DNA of 64,000 bases from Candidatus Hydrogenedentota bacterium (GCA_963668025.2 CAXXTH010000010.1:1088001-1152000); one strand, 5' to 3'; positions 10,041 to 20,799 are shown, counted from the stretch's first letter. Program-made: numbers and translations. The notes: generated by a model not told the origin, from the letters alone.

Positions 10041-10462
10041 AGTTTTACCTCGGAGCGACGGCCAATTATCACGGACGCCAGCAATTGAAGAATTACACTT
10101 CTCTGGATGATACCGAAGAAGGTTTCCTGGCTTTCCACAATGACCTAGAGCGTCTAGCGAGAAAGGTCGGCCCGTTCTCGAATGCTCTGGCCACACGGCA
10201 ATACCCGGCCACCGTCTGTCCGCTTCTTTTCCATCTCTTCACATGCCTCCGTCAAAAATCCTCCCGTGTCCCTTTTTCCGTGTGAGCACAATGTGTCATC
10301 ACTCGACTCCTTTCCATGGATGCAACAAACATTACATCCTCACAAAAAACGCCGGGATGTGGAAGATGCGGTTCACAGGACGGATACCGATTTGTGAAAA
10401 CCATAGGGACATGAGGACCCACTTGAGCACGGTGGCCTGCACATCTGAGCAAATATTCAGCC

Positions 10463-10517
10463 TTGACTTTAGGAAAACGTTATTGTAATGTTTTCTCTAT
10501 AAAGAAAACGTTATTGT
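10463..10517 (+). promoter_or_regulatory. Promoter (TTGACT-17-TAATGT) with two copies of a LacI-type operator GAAAACGTTATTGT
   Basis: Exact 14-bp direct repeat at 10473-10486 and 10504-10517 with an AAACGTT core; one copy lies in the promoter spacer. A LacI gene lies downstream in the same run of genes. Confidence 0.7.
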
Positions 10518-10551
10518 TGTGTGGATATTGGAAGGGGAAAGGAGTGAAGCA

Positions 10552-12153
10552 ATGGGATACAAAGCAAGATCAGTAGGATTTGTTGCGGTCGTGCTTCTGG
10601 CGAGTACAGGGGCCTGGGGAGCGACCATCCCGGTGGATTCGGGCGAGAGCATTCAAGCGGCCATCGATTCAGCTTCGTCAGGAGATGTAATCGATTTGGC
10701 TGCGGCGTCATTCGACGAATCTATTATTGTCTTGAATAAGGATCTAACGATCACGGCCTCAGCGGGCCGGGCGACGATCGCGCCAAGTGATATCACCGGA
10801 AACGCGGTGAATGCAACGGTTCTTGTGGACGGAAGCAACGTCACTATGAGCAATGTGACGGTGGATATGTCGGCTACGGCCTGTACGGTGCCGTCGGATT
10901 ATCCGGATTATCCGGCGTGCGTATGGGTGCAGAATACTGGCGGCAGCTTCACTGCAGACAATGTGGTGCTGACGGGCGGTTATATGGGAGTGACGTTGCA
11001 TGATGCCGCCGGGAATCTGACAATGACGAACTCCACTATTTCTCATCTCAGTGGCGCGGGCGGAAAAGCATCGGGAATCTACTTGCATGGAACGTTCACT
11101 GCCACATGGGTGGAGCGAGTGATCTCGTTGACGGATTGCGTCATGGATGACATGAATGCCTACTTCAACGGGCAGCCGGGAACCAAGCTCAATGCAGGAT
11201 TGTTCACGCGTTGCAAGTTCCTGAATGCCATTGGGCTTGAGTCTTGGGCGGTGATGTCCGCCTGGAATGTAGAGGCTATCGAATATCCGCCTCCCTTTGA
11301 AAGCGCCGGGCGCTATGTCTTTACCTCGTGTGACTTCACATTTGCGCGGGACATGATATGGGCTATGTACTTCATGCCGTTCCCAGAGCAAGACAGCTAT
11401 CACACGAATCCGGACTATGTGGAGTTTCAGGGCTGCACTTTCCGCAATCCCCACAATGTGGCCATCGACACATTGTTCCAGATCGGCTTCAATAACGACA
11501 CTGAAACCAAGAAAACGTCGTTCACGATGGAGAACTGTCTGATTGACAACTATTACAATTGGCAGATCTTCTGGTTCATCGAGCGGACTTCTTGTCTCTT
11601 CACGATGAATCAGTGCACCGTGAACATGGGGTGGGACGACGATAGCCACGGCACCATGTGTCTGTTCCGTTTCAATACGCCTATCTCATCAGGCGCGAGC
11701 CTTACAGTGAAGAATAGCATCATTCTAAAGAATAGTGTGGAGCCTTATGATGGTTTCCTGATTGCGAGCGGAGCGCAGGCAGTGGAGGCGGATATCACGA
11801 TTGACCACTGCTTCGTTGGGCTAGGAGCCATACTAGAAGACGCATCATATTTCACTGGAGACGTGTCGATTTCCGATAATATTTCCGAACGTCCAACCTT
11901 TAAGCAAGAAGGTGCAGGCGGAGATTTCCACCTGGCCGAGGGTTCGTCCGCGATTGACAGCGGCACGGACAGCGGAGCCGTCATCGATTTCGACGGAGAC
12001 GCCCGTCCCTATGGAATTGGGATTGATATTGGCTTCGATGAATTTACCATCGACTTGGTTGCCTTATCTGGCATAGGTGTGGTGTTGCTCTGTCTTTCTT
12101 TGGTTCTGGCATTTGGGACGCTTGTGGTTCGGGCTTCCCGTCGGTCGGCATAG
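10552..12153 (+). CDS. Secreted right-handed beta-helix (pectin-lyase-fold) surface protein with C-terminal TM/Arg anchor
   Basis: RBS GAAAGGAG; signal peptide; SIQAAIDSASSGDVI; parallel beta-helix repeats; DFHLAEGSSAIDSG..DFDGDARP..DIGFDE tail; ends LVALSGIGVVLLCLSLVLAFGTLVVRASRRSA. Confidence 0.8.
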   Translation: MGYKARSVGFVAVVLLASTGAWGATIPVDSGESIQAAIDSASSGDVIDLAAASFDESIIVLNKDLTITASAGRATIAPSDITGNAVNATVLVDGSNVTMSNVTVDMSATACTVPSDYPDYPACVWVQNTGGSFTADNVVLTGGYMGVTLHDAAGNLTMTNSTISHLSGAGGKASGIYLHGTFTATWVERVISLTDCVMDDMNAYFNGQPGTKLNAGLFTRCKFLNAIGLESWAVMSAWNVEAIEYPPPFESAGRYVFTSCDFTFARDMIWAMYFMPFPEQDSYHTNPDYVEFQGCTFRNPHNVAIDTLFQIGFNNDTETKKTSFTMENCLIDNYYNWQIFWFIERTSCLFTMNQCTVNMGWDDDSHGTMCLFRFNTPISSGASLTVKNSIILKNSVEPYDGFLIASGAQAVEADITIDHCFVGLGAILEDASYFTGDVSISDNISERPTFKQEGAGGDFHLAEGSSAIDSGTDSGAVIDFDGDARPYGIGIDIGFDEFTIDLVALSGIGVVLLCLSLVLAFGTLVVRASRRSA

Positions 12154-12160
12154 AAGAGCA

Positions 12161-12187
12161 GGGTGGCCTGGATCTTCCAGGCCACCC
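12161..12187 (+). terminator. Perfect 12-bp hairpin after the beta-helix gene (attenuator/mRNA stabiliser)
   Basis: GGGTGGCCTGGA-TCT-TCCAGGCCACCC with a weak U-tail. Confidence 0.6.
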
Positions 12188-12200
12188 CGTTCAGTTCTCA

Positions 12201-14033
12201 GTGATAAGTGGTGGTTCTATTTTGATGAAAGGCGGTTCCGTAGTGGCTGAATCTGTAGAAATCGATGTATACCGCGCTGAGCCCGTTGGTGAACGTTATC
12301 CTGTTGTGCTTAGGCCAGGGCAATCGACGTTATTTGACTTCGGCCGGAAAATGGTGGGTGCCGTTCGGTTGTGGGGAGAAGGAACTGTTGGATATGTGTA
12401 TGCTTCTGACCAGGAGTTCCTCAAACTGATTGAACGCAAGACCCGCGACGGCGCTCCGGGGCTCGATGCAATCGATCAACCGCCAACGTTCATACGTGGT
12501 GTTCCAACAGGATGCTGCAGGCTCAGTCAGGAAGGAACGATGCTGGAACCTCCCATATCAGCCCTTCGTTATCTAAAGGTCATCAACCGTACGCCGGTGA
12601 TGGTGATCATAGAGCGAGTCGGATTGATTTCGAGTTCGTTTCAGGGCGAGACGGAAGGGCGGTTCGAGTGCGACGATCCGAAGATCAATATCCTATGGGA
12701 AATGGGCGTCGAGACGGCACGGCTTTGCTGCCAGCGGGGGGAAGAAAGTATATTGCCTGTGTTCGCTCCCTTCGGAGAACGTTATGTTCTTTGGGATGGC
12801 TGCCGCCGAGACCGGGAGATCTGGGGCGGGGATTTACGTTCAAGCGCGTTGGTCTGGGCGTATGCCTTTGGCGATCTGACTCCCGTGAAGAACAGCCTCG
12901 CGCTTCTTGCCGGAGCGCAACACCGGGAGTGCGACGAGGACGGAATGGTTCCGGGCTCAGGGTCCAAACATGAGACTTTTTACGAATGGACGCTTTGGTG
13001 GATCGTGACGCTGTGGGATTACTACATGCTCACGAAAGACGAAGTCTTTATTGAAGCGCTGTGCTATACCTGGCACCGCAACTACGATTCCCCTTTGGAG
13101 CGTCTGCGCAAATGGATGGAGAAAAAAGGGGCGTTCTCTGGCCTGTTGCGTTCGAACCGCTCATGGATGTATTCCATTGCATATGACGGGCGCTTAGCAA
13201 GTTTAGCCGCTCTTCAGATTCTGGCCACGGAAAGCATGGCCAAGTTGTTCAACGCTTTTGGCGGCACGGAAACTGCGGAACAGTTGGAAGCCCATCTTCC
13301 CGTTATGCGTAAACGCCTACATGAGACCTTCTGGTGCGAATCCCTTAGAGCGTACTCCATGATGCCTGAAGGCGAAATGCAACCACCGCGCCTAGCGCTG
13401 GACGGAAACATTTGGAGTTTATTGGCGGGCGCATGTCCAGACGAGTTAGCGCCAACCGTCTTGGCCACACTCAAGGATTGCTGGACGGATTTTGGCCCGC
13501 TATGTGTATGGCCGCCATTTGATGAGGTTCGTGACAGCCGGTGGCGTGTGCGGCCCGAGGAGTGGCAACACAATAATACTGTATGGCCCTTCATCGCTTC
13601 TTATGAGGTGCTGGCGCGGTTCCATTTTGGCGATATTGCTGGTGGACTCGAATTGATGCAGAGGTATCACCAACCCATGCTGGACCGGGGGCATCACACG
13701 ATCTGGGAGATGTTCCACGTGGATGGTTCTCTGCCGCTGGTGGGGAACGGTAACATGCTCAGTTTTTGCCATGCGTGGGGAGCAACGGCCAGTTATGCGC
13801 TACAACGTTATGTATTGGGTGTAAGGCCCACCTCGCCGGGATTTGAGACTTTCTGTGTAACGCCTAATCTTGGACCTCTTAATAGAACCGAGGGTTCGGT
13901 GCCAACACCCAAAGGTCCTATCTATGTAGAGGCATGGCGTGACAGTCATGGGCAAACAAACTACACCGTTTCGGCGCCTGAAGGCCTCAAGCAAGTAGGT
14001 GCGGCTTCCTTGGCCACAAGCGATTTATCATGA
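12201..14033 (+). CDS. GH78-like alpha-L-rhamnosidase family (alpha/alpha)6 glycosidase
   Basis: DGCRRDREIWGGD, TIWE, SFCHAWGA, LGVRPTSPGF..P.LG.L....GSVPTPKGPI C-terminal domain; no signal peptide. Start could be 12225. Confidence 0.8.
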   Translation: MISGGSILMKGGSVVAESVEIDVYRAEPVGERYPVVLRPGQSTLFDFGRKMVGAVRLWGEGTVGYVYASDQEFLKLIERKTRDGAPGLDAIDQPPTFIRGVPTGCCRLSQEGTMLEPPISALRYLKVINRTPVMVIIERVGLISSSFQGETEGRFECDDPKINILWEMGVETARLCCQRGEESILPVFAPFGERYVLWDGCRRDREIWGGDLRSSALVWAYAFGDLTPVKNSLALLAGAQHRECDEDGMVPGSGSKHETFYEWTLWWIVTLWDYYMLTKDEVFIEALCYTWHRNYDSPLERLRKWMEKKGAFSGLLRSNRSWMYSIAYDGRLASLAALQILATESMAKLFNAFGGTETAEQLEAHLPVMRKRLHETFWCESLRAYSMMPEGEMQPPRLALDGNIWSLLAGACPDELAPTVLATLKDCWTDFGPLCVWPPFDEVRDSRWRVRPEEWQHNNTVWPFIASYEVLARFHFGDIAGGLELMQRYHQPMLDRGHHTIWEMFHVDGSLPLVGNGNMLSFCHAWGATASYALQRYVLGVRPTSPGFETFCVTPNLGPLNRTEGSVPTPKGPIYVEAWRDSHGQTNYTVSAPEGLKQVGAASLATSDLS

Positions 14034-15172
14034 GGAATTCCTTGATGAAGGGAATAGGCAGATATGCGGCTGGGGTATTATGCGTGACGCTTGGATGGGC
14101 AGGCGCCGCCACAAATGGTTTCGCAGCAAGCAAGGATGACATGACTGAGATGCAAAATTCCCTATATCAATGGTTATCGACGACTCCTGGCAAGCCCGTC
14201 GAAGTGTTGTCCCCAACTGGAGTGGCAGGTGATTTCGATGCCGTGGCAGTAGAGTCCATGGTGGTGTTGGAAGTGGATGGGCGATTCTACATGTTCTACT
14301 TCGGACATGATACTGGCCGGGAGTACCGGACGGGATTGGCCGTCAGCAGTGATTTGCTTCATTGGGAACGGCGCGGTCTGATCCTCGACCATGGTGGGCC
14401 AGGCTCCTTCGATTCGAACGGCGCAGCATTGGTGACCGTTCTTTCAAAGGTAGATATATACGGCGCGCGTACGCCCATTCAATATGAGGGCAAATACTGG
14501 GGGATGTATACGGGCTTTGACGTTAAAGGATTCGAGGCTGGACGAGGCTCTATCGGTTTAGTGTACTCCGAGGATCTCGAACACTGGACGAAATGTACGG
14601 ATATAAATCCTGTATTAACCCCGAATCCGTCCCCGGAATGGGAGAAGGCATGCCTTTTCAAACCCTATCTCCTCGAATACAAAGGAACTTTCTATTGTTT
14701 CTACAACGCCAACAATAGCACGCAATGGCCGTGGCGTGAGCAGACAGGCCTTGCGGTGTCGCACGACATCAAACACTGGGAACGGGTTCCGGGGAATCCT
14801 TTGTTGCCACATGGACCCGAGGGAAGTTATGACTCCAATTTCGCCAGTGATCCTTACGTTGTCCACACCGATGCGGGTTGGGCAATGCTATACGCTTCTT
14901 TTAATGGAAGCCACGCTGGAATCGGGCTGGCGTGGTCTCAAGACCTTCGCGTTTGGAAAAAAGAACCGGCTCCTATTTTATCCGCGAACGAGGAACTGGA
15001 TATCCACGCCAGCAAACCGTGCATAGTGTCACATGAAGGCCGGACGTATCTCTTTGTCAACGGCGTCCGAAGCATACGTGAAGGAGATCCTGATTCGGCG
15101 CGTGCAGTGCGAGAATACCGGGCCATCTATGTGTATATGCTCCCTAAAAATGTGAAAGATGGTGAAAAATGA
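14030..15172 (+). CDS. Secreted five-bladed beta-propeller glycosidase (GH32/43/130-like superfamily)
   Basis: Signal peptide; repeated GLAxSxDLxHW blades, FD/YD..A and KP/DP motifs; ATGA overlap with upstream gene. Confidence 0.75.
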   Translation: MRNSLMKGIGRYAAGVLCVTLGWAGAATNGFAASKDDMTEMQNSLYQWLSTTPGKPVEVLSPTGVAGDFDAVAVESMVVLEVDGRFYMFYFGHDTGREYRTGLAVSSDLLHWERRGLILDHGGPGSFDSNGAALVTVLSKVDIYGARTPIQYEGKYWGMYTGFDVKGFEAGRGSIGLVYSEDLEHWTKCTDINPVLTPNPSPEWEKACLFKPYLLEYKGTFYCFYNANNSTQWPWREQTGLAVSHDIKHWERVPGNPLLPHGPEGSYDSNFASDPYVVHTDAGWAMLYASFNGSHAGIGLAWSQDLRVWKKEPAPILSANEELDIHASKPCIVSHEGRTYLFVNGVRSIREGDPDSARAVREYRAIYVYMLPKNVKDGEK

Positions 15173-18100
15173 ACGGATACGCCCCAATCGTGTTTGGTGT
15201 TGTGCTGGCTGTGAGTTGCGTCATGTTTGCCCGAGCCGACGATCCGACGGCGGCACAGGCGGCCTTCCTTAATAACTGGATGTGGGAAAACGAAGAGCCA
15301 TCCGCTTGGAGCTTTTCTTCCCGTGACAACACACTACAGATTGTCCCAGCGAAATCTATTCTATTCGATCGCACGCCCGAAGGGATCCGGAATGTGCTGG
15401 CCCACAAGTTGCCGGATGATGGAACGTGCACAGTTGAAGTAGTTCTTCATGACTTCGATGCCGCACGAGATGGTAACAGGATTTATTTAATGTTCTACAA
15501 CGATGAGGACAATTTTGCTGCCATTCGATTAGGAAAGGAAGACGGCGGCCTGCTGTTGATGCAGAAGAAAGATCACGGTTACCCCATGCAGTACGGATGG
15601 CGTGCCGAGGCGATTCGGGGGAGTGTCGCCCTTCGTATTCGACGTTCTTCTCTCCATTACACAGGCTACTATATGTATTCAGGCTTTTTTAGCGGCGATA
15701 GCGGCGAACACTGGCAAAAGATGGGCGACGACCTTATTGTAAAGCAGAGTTTTGGAAAGGCGGCGTTTTACTCTGAAGTGCAAAGTGACGCCATGCCTTC
15801 AGATGATGTATCCGCTGCCGCCCCCGTTCCCGTTGTCCTACAATCGCTGAACGTATATGGTTCGGAGGTGAAGACGCCCGTGTCCGATCCGCCAAAGGCC
15901 CCAGCTCAGAAGACTGAAGCATCTAGCGATAACCAAGACCGGCCAACCGTCAACACGTGGCGCGTGGCCGAGACGGCGGAGCCAGAGAAGACCTACGAAC
16001 TTACCGGTGATGAGTTGCGGATTTCCGTCAACGGCGGTGACGGGACCATCACTGAACTGTTAGGCTCGCTGCCTGGCCGAAAAGAGGTAAGGTTCAGCAA
16101 CGACCAACCGATGGAGGATCCTTCCTGGCGATGGGGAATGCCCTTGTTTTATGGTGAAGATGAGAAGCGGATCTTGCCCCTAGATCAACGCGTGCTTCAG
16201 TCAGAAAAGGGAGACATCGAGTCGTGTTATGCCTATCCAGGATTCGATGTGGTGGTCACGAGAACGCTCGAGGCTCACACGATGCGGGAGTCCTACGCGC
16301 TTCGAGCGAAGAAGGACATCACCCTTTCGGAGTATGCCATCGTATTCAGGCCCAACCTCACGATGCATGTTGGGGAAGAGGCGCCGTTTGTCAAGACTGA
16401 CTCGACGCCTGTTTCCTATCATTGGTTTACGGGTGGAGCGTTGTCGTGGTTGAGCGTGAATCATAACAATGGTCTTCCGCCCAATCTAGCTATCGCAGTG
16501 GAAAAGGGGGCGCTGAATGGATATGACGTATTGTACAGCTATGGCTCCCGCCGTAAGATGCCGTTGCCTGCCAGCCCTGTACTCTATGTGACAGGCTACC
16601 GTTCGCACAAGGAGCAGGACGAGTATCCCCAGGTGCCTTTGCAGCTAAAAGCAGGCGACGTTCACGAAACAGTGCTACGTTATTTCCTGTATGAGGATAC
16701 GGCTGACTTAAAGTCAGGCATGTGTGACCTCGCTCGGCAACCTGTTCTGGACTACCCGTTGCACACCCCAGTCGACAAACCCTTCGAGGTGAAGGCGCGT
16801 TTGCCGCGTAGTGTCCGGCGGTTCGAGATAACGCAATCCGGAAAGCCTGTCGAGACCATCGCTATTGACGACCGTACCGTTCGATTCACTGTCGCTCCGG
16901 AGAAACCGGGTCTTGGCAAAGTGCAAGTAGGCTACACGCTAGACGACGAGCAGGCTAATCGTGAGGGTTTTTTCCTCTATACCGCCATGCGTGACTGGCG
17001 CCCAATCATTGAAGCCAAGGCCCGGTTCATCATGGATTCTCACTACGAATCCGATGCCAATGATCCAGGTTTCGGAGGCTTCTTCTCTGTAGATCTCAAG
17101 ACCGGCCGCCTCGTGAAAGACGCCAATGCCTACAGTTGCCAACTCTGCGGCATAGGAGAAGTCGAGTACATGTCAGTTGTGCCAGCCTTTGTCAATGCAA
17201 TAGCGCCGCGAGACGAAGACATTGCCAAGCTGGAGACTTATCTCAACACATGGCGCCGGAAATGCCAAGATGAACAGGGCAAGTATTACCTCAATCCACT
17301 GAACCATCTGCTACAGCCTGAGCGTGATGGACTGGGGCGCCGTGGCAGCGCTTACAGCTTTTTTCTACCGCAGTATTATCTCAGTTGGGTGGATGCCTCG
17401 ATGCTACGGACAAGGAGCCCGAAAGAGTATCTGGAAGAGATTGGATTTGGGTATATGCAGTTCCCTGAGATCCTCGACCGCCAGACGGAGGTCCTGGGAG
17501 AGGAGCACGGGGCAGTGACGAAGCGCCTTCTCGACGAGGATTTGCAATCATCTATCGAAAGTAGTAGCGGACTATATCACTGTGTGCGCGAGAACCAGGA
17601 CGAGGTCATTGTCGACCCCAACTGTGTGTATGGACAATTTTACCAGAACATCTTCTTAAAGCGAAAACCGCAAGCTGACTTCTATCGCGATTTCTATGCC
17701 GCGGACAGTGGGTTCTCGTATGATCCGCGCGGGCTTGCCGCGTTCCGTATTTGGGACGATTATGCCAGCATGTACTATTACCAGCTTATACCCTATCCTA
17801 CCATGCCCAATTTTAATTCCGCGCTCAACGGTTTCAATCTGCTGGCATACTATGAACAGTTTGGAGGTACGGAAAACCTGAGATTGGCCTATGACTTGAT
17901 CATGACCTATTACGACTTGCACGACTATGACTATGCCCATAACGACTGGGGCCGCCTCGAGCCGGGGCAGTCGCATGCATGCTGGCTGCCCGGATTGGCC
18001 ATGTCCACTCAAGAACGCTTCAGCAGTGACGAGGATTTCGCTTTTATCTATTTCATTCAAAGCTTCGGGAAGAAGTGCTACGTGGATTCCACTGGAATGG

Positions 18101-18423
18101 CTGTCAACGGTGAGCGGAACGGAAACGTCATGGTTTCGTGGGCTCCTTATCCCCGGGAGTATCACAATGACCTTGACGGCTACGTCATCACTTCGAGCCA
18201 TTTAGCGGCCATTATTGAGAAGGTCACAACCACATCCGATGGCTATGAGATCACACTGAGAAACCTTAATGGAAATGTGGCTGCAAAGACAACGTTGCGT
18301 TGCGAGACGGCGGGCGGAAGTAGTTGTGTAAAACGTGTGAATCTGGAAGCCGGTGGCTGCCGCGCCGTCAAGCTACCAAATCCACAGGGAAAAGATAATT
18401 GTACTGATCTCGGCATCGAGTAA
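15169..18423 (+). CDS. Large secreted putative glycoside hydrolase (N-terminal ConA-like module, C-terminal six-hairpin-like region)
   Basis: 1084 aa with signal peptide, coupled to the upstream gene. Beta-rich N-terminus, Pro-rich linker, aromatic/acidic C-terminal region (RIWDDY, DEDFAF). Confidence 0.55.
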   Translation: MNGYAPIVFGVVLAVSCVMFARADDPTAAQAAFLNNWMWENEEPSAWSFSSRDNTLQIVPAKSILFDRTPEGIRNVLAHKLPDDGTCTVEVVLHDFDAARDGNRIYLMFYNDEDNFAAIRLGKEDGGLLLMQKKDHGYPMQYGWRAEAIRGSVALRIRRSSLHYTGYYMYSGFFSGDSGEHWQKMGDDLIVKQSFGKAAFYSEVQSDAMPSDDVSAAAPVPVVLQSLNVYGSEVKTPVSDPPKAPAQKTEASSDNQDRPTVNTWRVAETAEPEKTYELTGDELRISVNGGDGTITELLGSLPGRKEVRFSNDQPMEDPSWRWGMPLFYGEDEKRILPLDQRVLQSEKGDIESCYAYPGFDVVVTRTLEAHTMRESYALRAKKDITLSEYAIVFRPNLTMHVGEEAPFVKTDSTPVSYHWFTGGALSWLSVNHNNGLPPNLAIAVEKGALNGYDVLYSYGSRRKMPLPASPVLYVTGYRSHKEQDEYPQVPLQLKAGDVHETVLRYFLYEDTADLKSGMCDLARQPVLDYPLHTPVDKPFEVKARLPRSVRRFEITQSGKPVETIAIDDRTVRFTVAPEKPGLGKVQVGYTLDDEQANREGFFLYTAMRDWRPIIEAKARFIMDSHYESDANDPGFGGFFSVDLKTGRLVKDANAYSCQLCGIGEVEYMSVVPAFVNAIAPRDEDIAKLETYLNTWRRKCQDEQGKYYLNPLNHLLQPERDGLGRRGSAYSFFLPQYYLSWVDASMLRTRSPKEYLEEIGFGYMQFPEILDRQTEVLGEEHGAVTKRLLDEDLQSSIESSSGLYHCVRENQDEVIVDPNCVYGQFYQNIFLKRKPQADFYRDFYAADSGFSYDPRGLAAFRIWDDYASMYYYQLIPYPTMPNFNSALNGFNLLAYYEQFGGTENLRLAYDLIMTYYDLHDYDYAHNDWGRLEPGQSHACWLPGLAMSTQERFSSDEDFAFIYFIQSFGKKCYVDSTGMAVNGERNGNVMVSWAPYPREYHNDLDGYVITSSHLAAIIEKVTTTSDGYEITLRNLNGNVAAKTTLRCETAGGSSCVKRVNLEAGGCRAVKLPNPQGKDNCTDLGIE

Positions 18424-18480
18424 CAGAGCGAGCCGCGACGATGCCGCCGCTATTGTAGAAGATAGATTAAGGAGAATGAC

Positions 18481-19548
18481 ATGAGTGAAGTCCAGAAGCG
18501 AATGGGCCTCAAAGATATCGCGAAGGCATGTGGCCTCAGCGTGGGGACGGTGTCTAAAGTGCTGAACGGCCAAGCCGAGCAGTACGCCATCTCCGCGAGC
18601 ACGCGCGATTGGGTGATTTCCATGGCCAAGAGAATGAATTACCGGAAAAACCTCGGTGCGCGTGCCCTGCGGACTGGTTTGTACCAAACGATCATGGCCT
18701 CTTTCCCTATGCAGGCTACTAGCCGTATCGCCCGTAATAATCAGCAGGTGGATGTCCTTGGTTTCAACAAATCCCTTTTGGAAACATATCACGTTTTCGA
18801 AGGAAAATGTTTTAGCGATTGGAAAATGGCAGTTGGATTCAGGAACGAGAGCAAAAAACCGGATCCCGCGGATCTCGCCATGCCATACGATGGCATTCTC
18901 TACTTCATGCCTTCGAAGCACTTCCCGCAGCACGTTTGGCTGGCTAGAACGGATATCCCCATGGTCATCATTGGAGAGCCTAGTGATGATGGCCTAGAGG
19001 CTACGTTTGTTGATGTCAATAATGAACACGCGGGCTACGAGCTTACCAAGCATTTGAAAGGCATTGGGCGCTCAAACCTTGTCTTTCTAGGGGATAAGGC
19101 TTCAAAGAGGAGCTATCTATTCCGCAATCAACGCATTGCCGGCGTGGAACGGGCTGCTGGGGAGTTTGGCCTGAACTTGAGTAAGGTGCTGGAGTCAGGC
19201 CTCACGGCCGCTTCAGGTGAAGAGGCTTGCGAGAAGTTATTGCGCGATCGGATCCCTTGTGACGGGATTGTCGCCGAGAGCGGCGATATGGCATACGGGT
19301 GCCTTAAGAAGCTCAAGGAGCAAAGCCTTCATGTCCCAAACGATATCGCCATCGTCACTTTCGATACCAGCCTTTATACGATTCTGTGCGAGCCCCAGAT
19401 CACCACATGGGATTATCCGCATGACGAAGTGTGCCTGAGGGCCGCGCAACAACTCATCGCTCGTATGAAAGATCCTGATCTCCCTCACGAGGTTATCCGC
19501 TTCGAGGGGAAACTTCTATTGGGCGGGTCGACGGCCACTTCAGAGTGA
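18481..19548 (+). CDS. LacI-family transcriptional regulator
   Basis: HTH LKDIAKACGLSVGTVSKVLNG, hinge YRKNLGARALR, and periplasmic-binding-like C-terminus (VPNDIAIVTFD, PQITT). Confidence 0.92.
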   Translation: MSEVQKRMGLKDIAKACGLSVGTVSKVLNGQAEQYAISASTRDWVISMAKRMNYRKNLGARALRTGLYQTIMASFPMQATSRIARNNQQVDVLGFNKSLLETYHVFEGKCFSDWKMAVGFRNESKKPDPADLAMPYDGILYFMPSKHFPQHVWLARTDIPMVIIGEPSDDGLEATFVDVNNEHAGYELTKHLKGIGRSNLVFLGDKASKRSYLFRNQRIAGVERAAGEFGLNLSKVLESGLTAASGEEACEKLLRDRIPCDGIVAESGDMAYGCLKKLKEQSLHVPNDIAIVTFDTSLYTILCEPQITTWDYPHDEVCLRAAQQLIARMKDPDLPHEVIRFEGKLLLGGSTATSE

Positions 19549-19656
19549 AGGATTAATTAACTAATACATGAGTAAATAAAAAATAATAATATATATGAGG
19601 GAAGAAATAACATGCATAAGCAAAACAAACAGGAAATTTACATGAGGAGAGGAACC

Positions 19657-20712
19657 ATGAGATCTAAAGGATTTACTCTTATCGAACTACTGGTCGTTAT
19701 CGCCATCATTGCCATTCTTGCCGCTATTCTATTGCCAGCACTGGCCCGCGCGCGAGAGGCTGCAAGGAGGGCGTCGTGCGCCAGCAACCTCAAGCAGTTT
19801 GGCATCGTGTTCAAAATGTATGCCAATGAATCAAAAGGAGGGCGCTTTCCCTCGCACGGGGACTATGTCGTACATTCATGGACTACGGCGGTTCTATCGT
19901 TTGCGGGCGAGAAGCTCTATCCCGACTATTTGAATGACCTCAATATTGCTATCTGTCCATCGGATTCACGAGGAGATTATTTCGGAAATATCTTTAATGT
20001 GGAGGACGACTTCGCCCAGCAAATCGCCGATATCGCTTCCGATCCCGATATCGGGAATGCCTATTGTTTGAACCTTATGCTGTCGATGCCCGTCTCGTAT
20101 TGCTATATAGCCCACGCGGCGCGCACGCCCTCTCAATTGCTGGATATCCAGAGCGGTTACAATTTGGTGATGGATAAAGGCCCTGCGTATTGGAGTGGAT
20201 GGCCCACTGCTCCTACAACAGCATACACTGAACTAAAAAAGCAGGGCTGTGAATTTACTACAAGTGTAGCAGTAAAAAACATCGAGGAATGCCCATGGAT
20301 CAAGGGCGATATGTCCACTCCTTTCTTTGGCCCTTCGGGCTGGGGCACCGATGATGATGGAAGCAAGCTTCCGGCTACGTATCCAGCCATGCGCGAAGGG
20401 GTGGAGCGTTTCTTTATCACCGATATTAACAATCCTGCTGCCGGCGCCACCGGCCAAAGCACCTTGCCTGTCATGTTTGACGCATGGACGGTTAACGATG
20501 GTCTGTGGGCAGAATACTACGCGGATAAAGGAGTGGAGAAGTTCAACCATCTTCCTGGTGGTTCCAATGTGTTGTACATGGATGGGCATGTGGCATTCGT
20601 TCGATACAAGAGCGCCTTCCCAGTAGCCAATTCGGATCAAATCGGAGGGGTGGACGGCGCCCTCGGCGACGCCTTTTCCTACTGGGCCGCCATGATGGGC
20701 GGCTTTGGCTGA
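19657..20712 (+). CDS. DUF1559 / prepilin-type N-terminal cleavage-methylation protein with H-X9-DG motif, paralogue 3
   Basis: RBS GAGAGGA; MRSKG^[13 protein letters not shown]..., [44 protein letters not shown] end. Confidence 0.92.
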   Translation: MRSKGFTLIELLVVIAIIAILAAILLPALARAREAARRASCASNLKQFGIVFKMYANESKGGRFPSHGDYVVHSWTTAVLSFAGEKLYPDYLNDLNIAICPSDSRGDYFGNIFNVEDDFAQQIADIASDPDIGNAYCLNLMLSMPVSYCYIAHAARTPSQLLDIQSGYNLVMDKGPAYWSGWPTAPTTAYTELKKQGCEFTTSVAVKNIEECPWIKGDMSTPFFGPSGWGTDDDGSKLPATYPAMREGVERFFITDINNPAAGATGQSTLPVMFDAWTVNDGLWAEYYADKGVEKFNHLPGGSNVLYMDGHVAFVRYKSAFPVANSDQIGGVDGALGDAFSYWAAMMGGFG

Positions 20713-20799
20713 GCATTATCGGAAGAAATGATCCGCGAGGGGTTGGCGCTAACTAGAGACGGTAATGCAGAACATACCGGATTGAGAGGAATCAAGAAT

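Noticed and set aside
2-20712. DUF1559 paralogues as diversity-generating retroelement targets
   Set aside because: No reverse transcriptase and no near-identical TR/VR pair with adenine-specific differences in the window.
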